A stretch of DNA of 63,678 nucleotides, counting the filler, from Kipferlia bialata (taxonomy: Eukaryota), in assembly GCA_003568945.1 (NCBI GenBank). It is 3 parts of 3 records of this genome, joined end to end, with 100 filler letters (N's around TTAATTAATTAA, not from the genome) between each part and the next. Parts side by side here need not be neighbours in the genome. Positions count along the whole stretch, not along the records: positions 24,621 to 49,121 come from BDIP01000225.1; positions 49,222 to 63,678 come from BDIP01000234.1; 1 more part is not named here. One strand, 5' to 3'. Position 1 is the stretch's first letter. Every line of letters starts with the position of its first letter. The position numbers and the translations under genes are program-made. Shown in pieces: positions 37,440 through 49,270 of this stretch. The notes under the pieces are model-generated. The model saw only the letters and a list, made by a program, of their open reading frames with translations, was not told where the DNA came from and made no database searches.

Positions 37440-39983
37440 CTTTACCCTTAGGCAGACTGCCTTCACAGTCCCCTCCCACCAGTGCAGCCTGGTCACCACC
37501 CTAGGCCCCCTAGTCACAGAGTTAGGTGTGTAAATATACTAATATACGGAGTATATCTCGCTATATTCCTGGATATGGTTTATGATACTGTCTTTTAGTC
37601 ACTGGGTACTCATAACAGGCGTTGAGGCCGCTGCCTACCTCACTGAGGATGGGCTGAACTAAATACTCATATTTATATACATTTACCATATGCCTCCCTC
37701 TCTCTACATATTCAATTGTGCATAGTCTGACACCAGGTGTTGAGGCCGCTGCCTACCTCACTGAGGGTGGGCTGTGCTACATACTCATGGGGACATGTGC
37801 ACTCAGGGCGCCAGGTACTGTATATATACTATATATAGTCAATATATATGTTGTACTATATTGTATATATACTGTGTACTTGTACTATCGAGTCAATACA
37901 TTATATGGTCTGTGCTACATACTCATGGGGACATGTGCACTCAGGGTGCCAGGTACTGATGATGCTATGGATATTTACATATATACATAATGATGTATCT
38001 AGTCCTCATCTTCTGACCCTAGGGCGAGTCTCTTAGTAGTGGGACTGTATGTGTGCCATAGTTTCTGTATAAAAATATGTAGGACAATTGCACACTTTTT
38101 ACATACCACCACTATATATGTGTGATAGTTGTATAGATGTACACTCTCACCCTAGGGAAGTCCCTAGTGGTTGATGTGATGTGGGGTGAGTGCAGGATGG
38201 CAGAGGGAGAGGGGGAGGGAGAGAGCGTTGTCTACACCCTGCACACCCTGGCCAAGGGGGGTGTCATGTACACACACTGCATACAGGTGTGTATGTGTAG
38301 TATATAGTATATAATATATGCATAGAGACACACTTCATACATGTAATGAATTGTATATATATGTATATATTTATATACATATATATATACATGTACCCTG
38401 CACACCTTGGCCAAGGGTGGTGTCATGCACACACACTGTATACAGGTAATAATTACTATATATACATATACACACACTCTATATAACTAATATGATATAT
38501 ATATTAAAATGTATATCTACACCCTGGCCAATGGGTGTGTACTCGTGTGTATATATACGAGTGTGTACTAGTCCTTACCTCCAGTTTTTTTTCTCCCTAG
38601 GCCAGATGCCACCTCTGACTACACATGTACATATATCTATATCTATATATACTGTATCTCTGTATTTGCATTCATCCTCTTACCCCAGGCTCTACCAAGG
38701 GAAGACGACACCTCTGACTACACCTGGGCATTCACCTCAAGTGTCCCCTCCACACACACCCCTGGGTCAGTAGCAGTATGAGTGTATACACCATATACTC
38801 TACACTCTTTTCTATATACTCTTCCATATACTAGATATACTGATACCCCCAGGTCCCTATCCCTTGTCAAGTATATATATACAATATACCCTACTATACA
38901 TATTTATATATGTGTATACTGATACCCCCAGGTCCCTCTCCCTTGTCAAGTGTGTCAGGACAGGGCGCGTCTTCCCATACATACACACCCACAGCACCGA
39001 GAGCGACCCCCTTGCCCCACCCCCTCTGCACACACGCCCTGTACTTGGAGGCCCCTCTCCCATAGTCTCTCTCCCTGACCCCTCTCCCTCTCCCACTGAT
39101 GCCAACCCCCTCTCCGTAGGGTACACTGTAGCCAGTGGCGGGTGTGCAGTGCTGCTGTCATTTGGCACTACCCCTGTCAGGCAGGTGGAGCTTAGACTGG
39201 AGGGTGGCAGAAGGGTTGTGTCCAGTGCCAGCTGGGTCAGTGGGAGTGCACCTCCACTGTCATTGGGTGATAGAGACAGTGTACTGAGGGGGACACTCTC
39301 CCTGCCCTTCCCCTGCCCAAGATACCCAGTCATATCGTCAATGAGGATCATGGATAGGTATATATACTCTATTAGGATAGGTATATATATATATTAAACC
39401 CATCCCCACACATTCTATCTATATACAATAACCTGTGCCAGTCATATCGTCAATGAGGCTCCTGGATAGGTACATGTACTCTCTCTCTCTCTCTACATAT
39501 ACACCTTTGCGTCTGTATGTTCTTGTACTCACTATCCTCAATGAGGCTGTGCATATGGGTAGGTACGTGTATTAACCCCATCCCCCCAACTAAAGATTAG
39601 TCTAATAACATATCCCAATGATATCCTCATTAACGCTCTTGGAGGTACTGTCTCTCCATATATACATATACATCAGACTCGTGGAGAGGTACTCCTCTAC
39701 ACCCTCACCCTCATTCTCTAGTTTCATTGGTTCTACTCTTTCTATCCCGCCTCCCGCTCTCTCATATCCAGGACTTGGTTGGTGATAGCCCTCCACTCTG
39801 GCGCTGTGTGTGTTGTGGGCCTGCAATCCCTCCTCTCACCTGATACACCCATACCATACCTCCACATGTCACTAGGTGTGTGTCAACCCACCTCCCCACT
39901 CCCATTCTATTCATATTCTTCTTCTATTCCATTTTACCTTCGGCGCAGGGGGCATCCTAGCTGTCATGCTACATACGCTGGGA

Positions 39984-40020
<37 letters not shown>

Positions 40021-41252
40021 GTATATTTATATATTCGTCCTCTTATCCTTCAGGTACAGGTGGCTCCCTAGCCGCTATGCAGAGTCCCCTCATATCTGCT
40101 GTGCCCTGCCAGTCTGCTGTGCCAGCCATAGTGTGTGTGCAGGTAGTATATACTTATATATATATATATATATACTTGTTTATATATATGTGTGTGTGTG
40201 TGTGTGATGTACTATTGTATATATATACTATTGTGCCCTGCCAGTCTACTGTCCCAGCCATAGTGTGTGTGCAGGTAGTCTCTCTGTCTCTCTCTCCTAC
40301 TCTGGCCTATTAATAGCTTCCAGTGTCCAAACATATCAGTTATGTCACTAGTCTATAGAATTAGCACATTCTTTTGAGTGCATACTCTTTCCTCTATTCT
40401 AATGCCACAGGTCCTAGCCAACAAGGCCAACACCTACCGCCGGTGCCCTGCCGTTGTGTCCCAGCCCATACCCGTCCCAGTCAGTCAGATACTCTCTGCA
40501 GACACACCCTCCCATGTCACTGTACATGCACTGTCTACACCATGCCCTGGTAGTACCTATCTGGCACCGGCACACTCGGTGTCAGTGGCAAAGCCCATAC
40601 TGGAGGCTGCTTTAGGTGTGTATGTGCTGTGTCTCCTCTTTCCTGTCTATACTCCCTTGTAAATAGTCTCTATTGGTAACCCCTCACCCCAGCTGTGGCA
40701 GAGGGTGTAGCAGCCAGTGCCAGGGAGTGTCTCTCTGCCATAGCTACCACCCCTGAGGGAGAGAGAGAGGCAGTGGTAGCCAGGGCTGTCACCTACATAC
40801 CCTTCTTCTGCAGACTGCACTACCTCTCTCTCTCTCTCCCAGCCGAGGAGAGAGAGGCTGAGGGGTCTGTCTATGCCACATACAAGGCACTCACCGCCTC
40901 TCTGTACAAGTGTCTGATGGATTGCCTCTCCACCCACCCCAACCCCTCTGTCTCTGGCCCCTTAACAGCACCCCCCGCTGCTCTCACCCCCACACCCTGG
41001 GGCGCACCCTCCATGTGCTGTGTATCGCACACCCCCTTCTGCGGTGTAGGTAGTCTCTGCAGAACATGCCAGGCAGAGGTGGCACCTGGGGTGGCACGGG
41101 CTGTACTCAGCTGTGCGTCACTTAAGGGTGTAGTAGAGGGAGAGGGAGTGGAGGCTGCAGTCTCTCTCTCTCTCTGCAGGATGGGTGTGCTCCTGTGCCC
41201 GGTCTGTGGGTGTATGTGTCCACCAGCAGATGCATTGTACCTGCTGGAATAG
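36989..41252 (+). CDS. Hypothetical multi-exon protein with C-terminal Cys cluster (possible zf-TFIIIC/GTF3C4-like finger)
   Basis: About 12 GT-AG exons. Last exon has CCVSHTPF..CRTC...CPVCGCMC and TAG at 41250-41252. Family assignment is tentative. Confidence 0.5.
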
Positions 41253-41692
41253 ATAGACTGTCAGTAGGGTATATATACGGTCCCGCAGATGCACTGTACC
41301 TGTTGGAATTGATGGATAGCAATTTGTCCTTATTGATAGGAGTGTACACAGGCGTATTTGTATGGTCTGGAGCCAGATCACATCGTATCTGTTGGTGTAT
41401 AGGGTAATGCTAAGTGGTACTATATCTCGATAATACCAGTAGTGTTTTGAGTGTATCCCGGTTGGGTGGAAGTCAGACACCATATATCTACACTAATACT
41501 CCTCTCTAAAGAAACACACTCTCCATAACAGACTAAATAGGATTTATGACCAATTGAAAGGGTGCCAAATGGAATAGTTACATGATAGGTGTAAATATGT
41601 GAAGTGGAATCGGTTTGTTAAGTTATATTCATATTGGTGAAAGAGAGTGCAGGAGGCGTCTGACGTCTAGCGTCTAGCGTCTGGCGTATCAC

Positions 41693-42072
41693 TCAACGTT
41701 CTTCTTGCTCTTCTGTCCCTTGTCAGACACACTGGGGGCCTTGTCGCTGGTGAAGACTGGACGTGAGTGATATATACCACAATACCTAGATCTAGGTATG
41801 ATATATGATATGATCTATATATCTATCCAAACGGAGCCCACTACACTTTCCACGTCTGAATTTGCATATATATGTACATACGATTTATAAATAGCAGAAG
41901 AGCGATACAAAACACACAATAGTATTATGCACCCACATTCATATATATACATATGTACACACATACATGGTACCTGTCAGCTCCAGTGCCTGGCACTGCC
42001 TGATGAAGATACTACTAATACATCAATACATAGAGACAAGTAATGTCTATATACACATAGTATTAATAATCA

Positions 42073-42103
<31 letters not shown>

Positions 42104-42424
42104 CACTGTAAAGTATCTGTGTATACCTGTCAGCTCCAGTGCCTGGCACTGCCTGATGAAGGCGCCGATGTTGCTAGGGTTAGGCAGAGGGAGAGAAAGA
42201 TAGGAAGAGAGAGAGAGAGACTGTCTGATAAAGGCATCGATGTTGGTATGGTAAGAGAGAGAGGGGGGGATGGGGATAGGCAGACGCACAAACATATATA
42301 TCTAAAGTGTAGAATGTATAACAATGTATATTATAACATATCCACGTACCCCACGTTGAACCCTGCGAAGTTACCCTCGGCTGTCCAGAGGATGACCTTG
42401 CCAATACCCTCATTGCCTAAAGGG

Positions 42425-42464
<40 letters not shown>

Positions 42465-43540
42465 TAACAATGCCCTCATTGCCAAGGGTATATTAGTATT
42501 ATAGTATATATATATATCCAATAGTATATATATAGAGAGAGTATATATAGCGAGACACCGTGGAATTACCCTCATTGCGTAAGGGCCCTAAATATATGTA
42601 TGTATTTATACATATGTATATGTATACATACTAATATGTATATATAGAGAGAGAGAGGGGGGGGGAGTGAGAGAGACATTCTATACCTGCAGCTGAGCGA
42701 CGACCTGCTGCCCACCAGACAGTGAAGTCAACGGACATGCCCCAGGTCTAATGGGTCAGAGGGAGGGAGAGAGAGAGAGGGAGAGCGGTAGACAGACAGA
42801 GAGAGAGAGAGGTCTGTGAAGGGACATGCCCCAAGTCTAGTGGGTCAGGCAGAGAGAGAGAGAGAGAGAGAGGTCTATATAGTCAACGGACATGCCCCAA
42901 GTCTAATGGGAAAGAGAGAGACAGACAGAGAGAGGGTGTGAGAGAGAGAGAGTAAGCAAACCATATGGTGTCAGCAGTACGTGTATGCTAGCACAAGGTT
43001 ACCAGGGGTGGAAGAGGGAGAGAGACATACAATATGAGACATGCATTGGATAGGAGAAATAAGGGGGGGGGGGAGAGCGACGGAGAGAGAACTAGGAGCA
43101 TGCCTTGGACAGGAGGAATGGGAGTGCAGTGGCGTCCTGGACCCTGCGGATCTAGGGTTAGAGGGGGGAAGACAGAGAGAGAACGACTGGGGGAGGGGAG
43201 AGAGAGAGGGAGAGAGAGACTGGTAGGCATGGCAGATGCGTTCAAGGCCAACATACCTCATTGAAGTTGAGAGTCTTCTTGCCAATTGGGAAGTAGTAGT
43301 GGTTGATCACAATCTTGTTGCGGTGCAGGGTCACGTACTTGTCCTAGAGTCAGTAGCTGTATAGATACACCCCAGCGCACCAGAAACACTAGACACATAG
43401 TATACGATAGACTCGGTTCACACACACTTCTTGAAACGAACCCCGCAAATCAGGACATCCCCATTGTACATAACACTACTACAGTTACAGTATACCTTGT
43501 ACACCACGTCTGGGTTCTCTGGTAGCTCTGAGTATGCCAT
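41693..43540 (-). CDS. Small conserved hypothetical protein (PH-like fold suspected)
   Basis: MAYSELPENPDVVYK|DKYVTLHRNKIVINHYYFPIGKKTLNFNE|IRRVQDATALPFLLSK|TWGMSVDFTVWWAAGRRSAA|GNEGIGKVILWTAEGNFAGFNV|...NIGAFIRQCQALELT|VFTSDKAPSVSDKGQKSKKNVE*. Confidence 0.65.
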
Positions 43541-43901
43541 AGTAGTGCCTCGAGTGCTTTGATAAACAGATCAGTGTGGAATGGTCATGACTGATTTTTT
43601 GCTTTGAAGAACCCTTTTCTATCAAGATGTGTTCCAAATCTGAGCCAGTTTTCTCTTCATTCCAGACACAGCCCTACGATGGGATATAGTCTGGTTCCGG
43701 GTCCCAAATGGGGCCTACCGGCTCTGTTAGCGTTGCTTCTTCTATTAGGGCTGGTGTCTGAGGTGGGTTGAGTGTGGGGGTCGAATTAGCCTCGGTCAAT
43801 CTCATTGGTCAATTACCCGTTACCATTGAATACGACACACACATGTACCACACCAACACCTATCTTAGTAATTGCATGGTGGTATCAGTACAATTGGAGA
43901 T

Positions 43902-46900
43902 ATGAGGACTGTGTGCACGAGTATATCTATGTATGTGTGTTTGTGAATGAAGGAGCCGGGATATGATCTCATAGTATACCACGTATGGGGTTATATAGTC
44001 GTATATATATAGTTCATTCCATTATAATTACCCAGTGGGTCTCTTCCTCGCCATACCTCAAGTGTTTACACTGTGTTTCCTTCTAGATATGATTGATCTG
44101 ACGCAGGTTACTTGTCAGTCCGAGTCTCACCTCTTGAACCCTTTTGTCACTACTTTTTGTACCTGAACCCTTATTCTGTTTTTGTATCATTGCTCTTTTC
44201 ATTTTTCTCTCACTCTCAGGCACTTGCCACCAGCGTCCCCTTCGGAGAGTCCACCTACTACTCTGCCTATAGCGGGGCTGGTACAGGGTACGCTGCGTCC
44301 ATTGCCACCACAAGCAACGGCTTTGATGTACTTGCTGTGGGGGGTCCCTCTGACGACACCAACGATGAGGATGCCGGGGCTGTGTACTACTATCTCAAGG
44401 TACCTATGTATGCATACATATAGTTATATTGTATACTGCATGTATTCTCTCTCACCCTCAAGGACGCCCAGGGTGCCTGGTATGACGAGCCCTCTGCAAT
44501 GTCAGCCTGTCCCAGGTATGTGATATAGCCTAGAGTGTATAGTATATAGGATATAGGTACCAGTGATGATATTGCTACACTAGTACACCCATCTGACCCT
44601 CAGGTATGCTGACGGACAGCGCTTCTTCGGTGTGTCTGTCGCTGCTGATGGGGAGTGGATAGCCGTGGGGTCCCAGGGTACCTCTGTCGCCAACCGCTAT
44701 GGAGCTGTGGACATATACTATCATGAGGTTAGTATGGACACACTACTATATAGAGTGGATGGGGGGGAGCTGTCACACTGTTGTACTCTGAGTATCCATC
44801 ACTGACCCCCAGGCTAACTCCGGCTCTGACTTCTACATCTGGAAGCAGACCCTGACCGCCGAGAACGACGTCACCGACGCCACGGAGTCCAACTTTGGAG
44901 TGCATGTCGAGATGGACTCTGGACGCATCGCTGTGTCCAGCTACCTAGAGACCACCGACGGCACTGTACAGTTCGGCTCAGTTTACGTCTACTCCTACTC
45001 TGGTGATCCTACACAAGTGGGGGGGTGGGACCTGGAGGATACACTCTGGGATGATGTAACCTTGTTTAACAGGGCTGCCTTCTTTGACAAGTTCCACTTT
45101 GGATACTCCATATGCCTCAGTGCGGACACGCTGTATGTCACGACTGGCTACACTGGGGTATGTTGAGAACATACTCAAATATATACTGCATCTCTGCATA
45201 TGTCCACATACTCACCAATAATACTATGTATCAATGTTTACTTACAGAGTCTGCTATATTGTAGGAATATGTCCATCTACTCACCCCAGGGATGGGCTGA
45301 CAACCTCACAGTCTATGACCGTGAGTCCAATGGGACATGGACTAGATACGCAGGGTATCAGATAGTAGCCAAGGTGGGTGTCACATTATACCTATGCATG
45401 GATATGTTGATTTGTAACTCTGCCCTATTGTGTTAATGTGTATCAAGTTGTGGCCAAGGTGGGTGTCACATTACATATATGCATGGATATGTTGATTAAA
45501 TAGTTGGAGAGTGTCAGTATATCATATGCGTAGGTATATATATAGTACCTCTGCCCTATTATGCTGCTTATCAGGTCGTGGCCAAGGTGGGTGTCATACT
45601 TCATATGTATATATAGTGTATATATAGTCATTATGCAGTTCAAGAGTAACAGTAAGGTATATGTGTGGGTGTGGGTATATACTTCTATACAGTGAACTAT
45701 CTTTGTGCCTCTCACCCCAGACTGTGGCCACCTCCAGCTTCTCTCGATTCAACCTCGTGGTCCGTGGCTCTGGAGACACTGTATCCCTATACTCAGAGGA
45801 TGATACCGACAATGTGTACACACTAGACATATCATCGACCTCGGATCTGGACCACCTTGACACTCTCTCTCTGGCCGACACCACCGAGGGTGGCATTGCC
45901 AGCCTGGCCTACTCCTCCGACACAATAGTGATCGGCACCGCCAACAACTACGCGATGATCTACTCCGTCTCCACCGCTGGCGAGCTCTCTCCAACCTCCA
46001 CCATCAGCGGAGGTAACGGGTTTGGCGGCTGTGTGGCTACCATCGACGGGGACAGGGCTGTGGTAGGAGGTGCGCCTGTGACAGGGGCTAGCGGGGTGTA
46101 CATGCTCAATGCCGGCGAGAGTGATTCCTCTCTCTCTGCCGTGCCTGCAGGTGTCCTCACCTCTGCCGGCGAGTCCTCCCCCACCCCTGTCACTGTGGGT
46201 GTGGTTGATGTTGGGGACAGCCCAGTGGCAGGTGCACTAGTGGATATCTCCTTCGATGGTGCCCTCTACACCTTCTCCGAGAGTGGCGGATCCTACGCCA
46301 ACACGGTTCCCCTCTCCGCTAGGGGCGGAGACTCCCTCGATCTGGTGCTATACCTGTGCCCAGAGGCCGTGACTGGTTCCTATCCCATCACACACACTCT
46401 CTGTCCTGTCCTAGAGACACAGACTGTATTTGTCACATACACTGCCACTTCAGCAGTGACTGTACCCGCTATGGTGTCTGACACTGTGGTGGACGTCACT
46501 GTATATGACCAGAACGGCATCAAGATCACTGACCCGGCTGCTACTGTCACACTCACTCCCTCTGGTGGTAGCGCAGCTGCCTGTACCCTAGACACCTACT
46601 ATGGTACATACGGGTGCCGGACGGGCTCAAACACAGAGGGATACATCACCGCCTCTCTCTCTGTGACACCTGCCTCTGCTGGTACAGTCACTGTCCCCAC
46701 CTCTCTCTCTGTCTACTCAGAAGGCACTCCCTTCTCTAGGGCAGTTGATCTGGATGTAGGAGGGACAATGCCCTACTTCAATACCGCAGTGGGCGCCACT
46801 GGAGAGGGTGATGGTTACTACGAGTTTGTCTCTATTGATGGCGACTGGATGGTGGTAGGGCAGCCCGATGAGAATATCGGTGGAGTGGAGAAGGCGGGTC

Positions 46901-49121
46901 GAGTGTTGGTGTACAGGAGAGATGGATACACCTGGGCGTACCACCAGACACTCACCATACCTACGGTACGTGCATATAGGGGGACCATGCAACACATATA
47001 TATGTATATATATACACATACTGGTTAATTGTATATATCCAACTCACACTAAGTTGTGGCTACCATGTAGTGCATACATATGTATATACACACTGGTTGA
47101 CTCACTCTAGGCAGTTGTGGCTGAGTCACAGGTCTTTGGCCAGAGTGTGTCTGTATCAGGTGACTGGATAGCGGTAGCAGCCCCTGGGGCCAGCATTACA
47201 GATCCTGACGACTCTGTGGTATGATAGGAGTGTATATATGCATATGTATATGTATATGTATGAAGACTAATACATTTATATCTAAATGGTAATGTGGGCC
47301 AGTGTGACAGACCCAGCAGACTCAGAGGTAAGTTTAGAGTATACATATACCAAGATGGATTAGTATAGTACTCTGCTATGCTTGTATATTCACTGGTGTT
47401 GAATACACCGAGTCTACAGTGTTTGAGTTATATACTACTATCGATGTCTCACACTCAGGACTACAAGGGCTGGATCTACCTCTACAAGCTGGACGAGTCA
47501 AGTGATACCTGGGTCCTCACAGACACTGTACACAGCTATGCTACTTACGCCTCGGCATGGTTTGGAGACAAGAACATGGTTCTGGTGGGTGACACCCTCG
47601 TCTGTGGGGCCTCGTCCTATCTCAAGGTTGGCGGAAAGGTCCGAGGGGCTGTCGTTACCTACACGATGTCAGGTGACGTATGGACGCTTTCTCAGACGCT
47701 GACTACTGAGATCGACATCGACACTTGGTACTCGGATGGGCTGGGTGGCTTTATTGGCTTTGATGGTACGTGATTAGGTGTTCCATAGTCTACACTCTCA
47801 TTTACTTCACTATATACTATTCTTCTTTCCTTTCCTAGCAGTTCCGTCTCTCACATTTCAGGCACCACGATTGTGTCTCTGACCGCCTGTGGTTTCTTCT
47901 CTTGTCCGTACTACAACGATGCGACTAAGCCCTACATACAGATATGGGAGAGAAACGAGAGTGGTACCTTTGTCCTCCAGGACCCCATCGTGAGTTCCGG
48001 GTATGTTGAGTCTCGGACTCCTAGAGTGAGTGGCGACTGGATGGCTGTGGGACAGTTCAAGGCAGAGGGCTATGTGGGGGTTGTCAAGATGTGGCATAAG
48101 GAGGGTGGTGAGTGGGTGGCCCAGCCAGACGTCACAGGAGTAGATACCAAGTACTTCGGCAAGGCCCTTGAGATTGATGGGGACTATATGGTGGTAGGTG
48201 CACCCAACCACGGAGGCGACGACCTGTATGGACGTGTGTCTGTCTACCATCTCTTCCGCGGTGCCTCTGAGTGGGTTGAGACACAGGCTGTGGTTGGCAC
48301 TCAGTACCAGCAGCAGATTGGATACAGTGTGGCTCTCGACGCCTCTACAGGCATGCTAGTATCAGGTGGGTGCTGATATCCAGAATCCTCGGTATACCTA
48401 CTAATGTATCTGCTTCTCTATTGTTAGTGTGCAATAGTATACACTCACAATCAGGTAACCAGAACGAGTATCAGGCCGATTACGTCGGAGGCTTCCCTTC
48501 TGGTGCCAGCCCCCACGTACTTACCATGAGCACAGGCCCTGTGGCTGATATCACACCGGTGCCAGTGGTGGAGCTCGACACCACAGGTATTCTACACGGT
48601 GAACGCATCCACCTACACTCTCCATCTTATCCCCAGAGGTTCTTGTCAAGTTTGAGGGCATCGACGGTACCTTATTCGACGACTCTAGCTCTGTCTCGTT
48701 CTTCTACAGCGATGATGAGACTGAGACCCCCACCGCTATGGCCTACTCTGCCGGGGACGAGGGCTTTACATTGACTGCCATCCCTGCTGATACCTTCAGC
48801 CTTGGGGACAGTCTCATGATACAGGCCTATGTACCCACCCCACTCCCAGCCGACACCGAGCACTTCACCTTCGATACATCTACTGGTGAGGCCACCGTAG
48901 AGACTGAGCCCGTGCCCTGCGGTGTGTCTGCCGCCCCTCTCTACAAGGACGCGATGGATCTCTGCCTCTCCCTGCTAGACGAGGAGGACGTGGCCCAGAG
49001 TGGGTTGCTGCTTGAGACCTCTGTCAAGTGGAAGCTGAAGGGTGCTGACGACTCCACCTACCACATTGCCACGTGGAGTGCCGCGGAGGGTGCCTATACT
49101 GCTGAGTCCCCAGTCACAGAC
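43902..49121 (+). CDS. Large secreted/surface FG-GAP (integrin-alpha-type beta-propeller) repeat protein, 3' truncated
   Basis: Hydrophobic N-terminus. Repeats include FFGVSVAADGEWIAVGS, NFGVHVEMDSGRIAVSS..GSVYVY, VSIDGDWMVVGQP..AGRVLVY, FGQSVSVSGDWIAVAAP, FGKALEIDGDYMVVGAP..GRVSVY. A Thr/Val-rich beta-sandwich-like spacer lies between two repeat blocks. Confidence 0.85.
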
Positions 49122-49221
49122 NNNNNNNNNNNNNNNNNNNNNNNNNNNNNNNNNNNNNNNNNNNNTTAATTAATTAANNNNNNNNNNNNNNNNNNNNNNN
49201 NNNNNNNNNNNNNNNNNNNNN
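49122..49221. other. Artificial scaffold spacer (N-TTAATTAATTAA-N)
   Basis: TTAATTAATTAA at 49166-49177 inside Ns. Confidence 0.95.
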
Positions 49222-49270
49222 TTTTTGGGGTGATATCCCCGCTCCCCCCCCCCCCCCTGTCCCACCCCAG

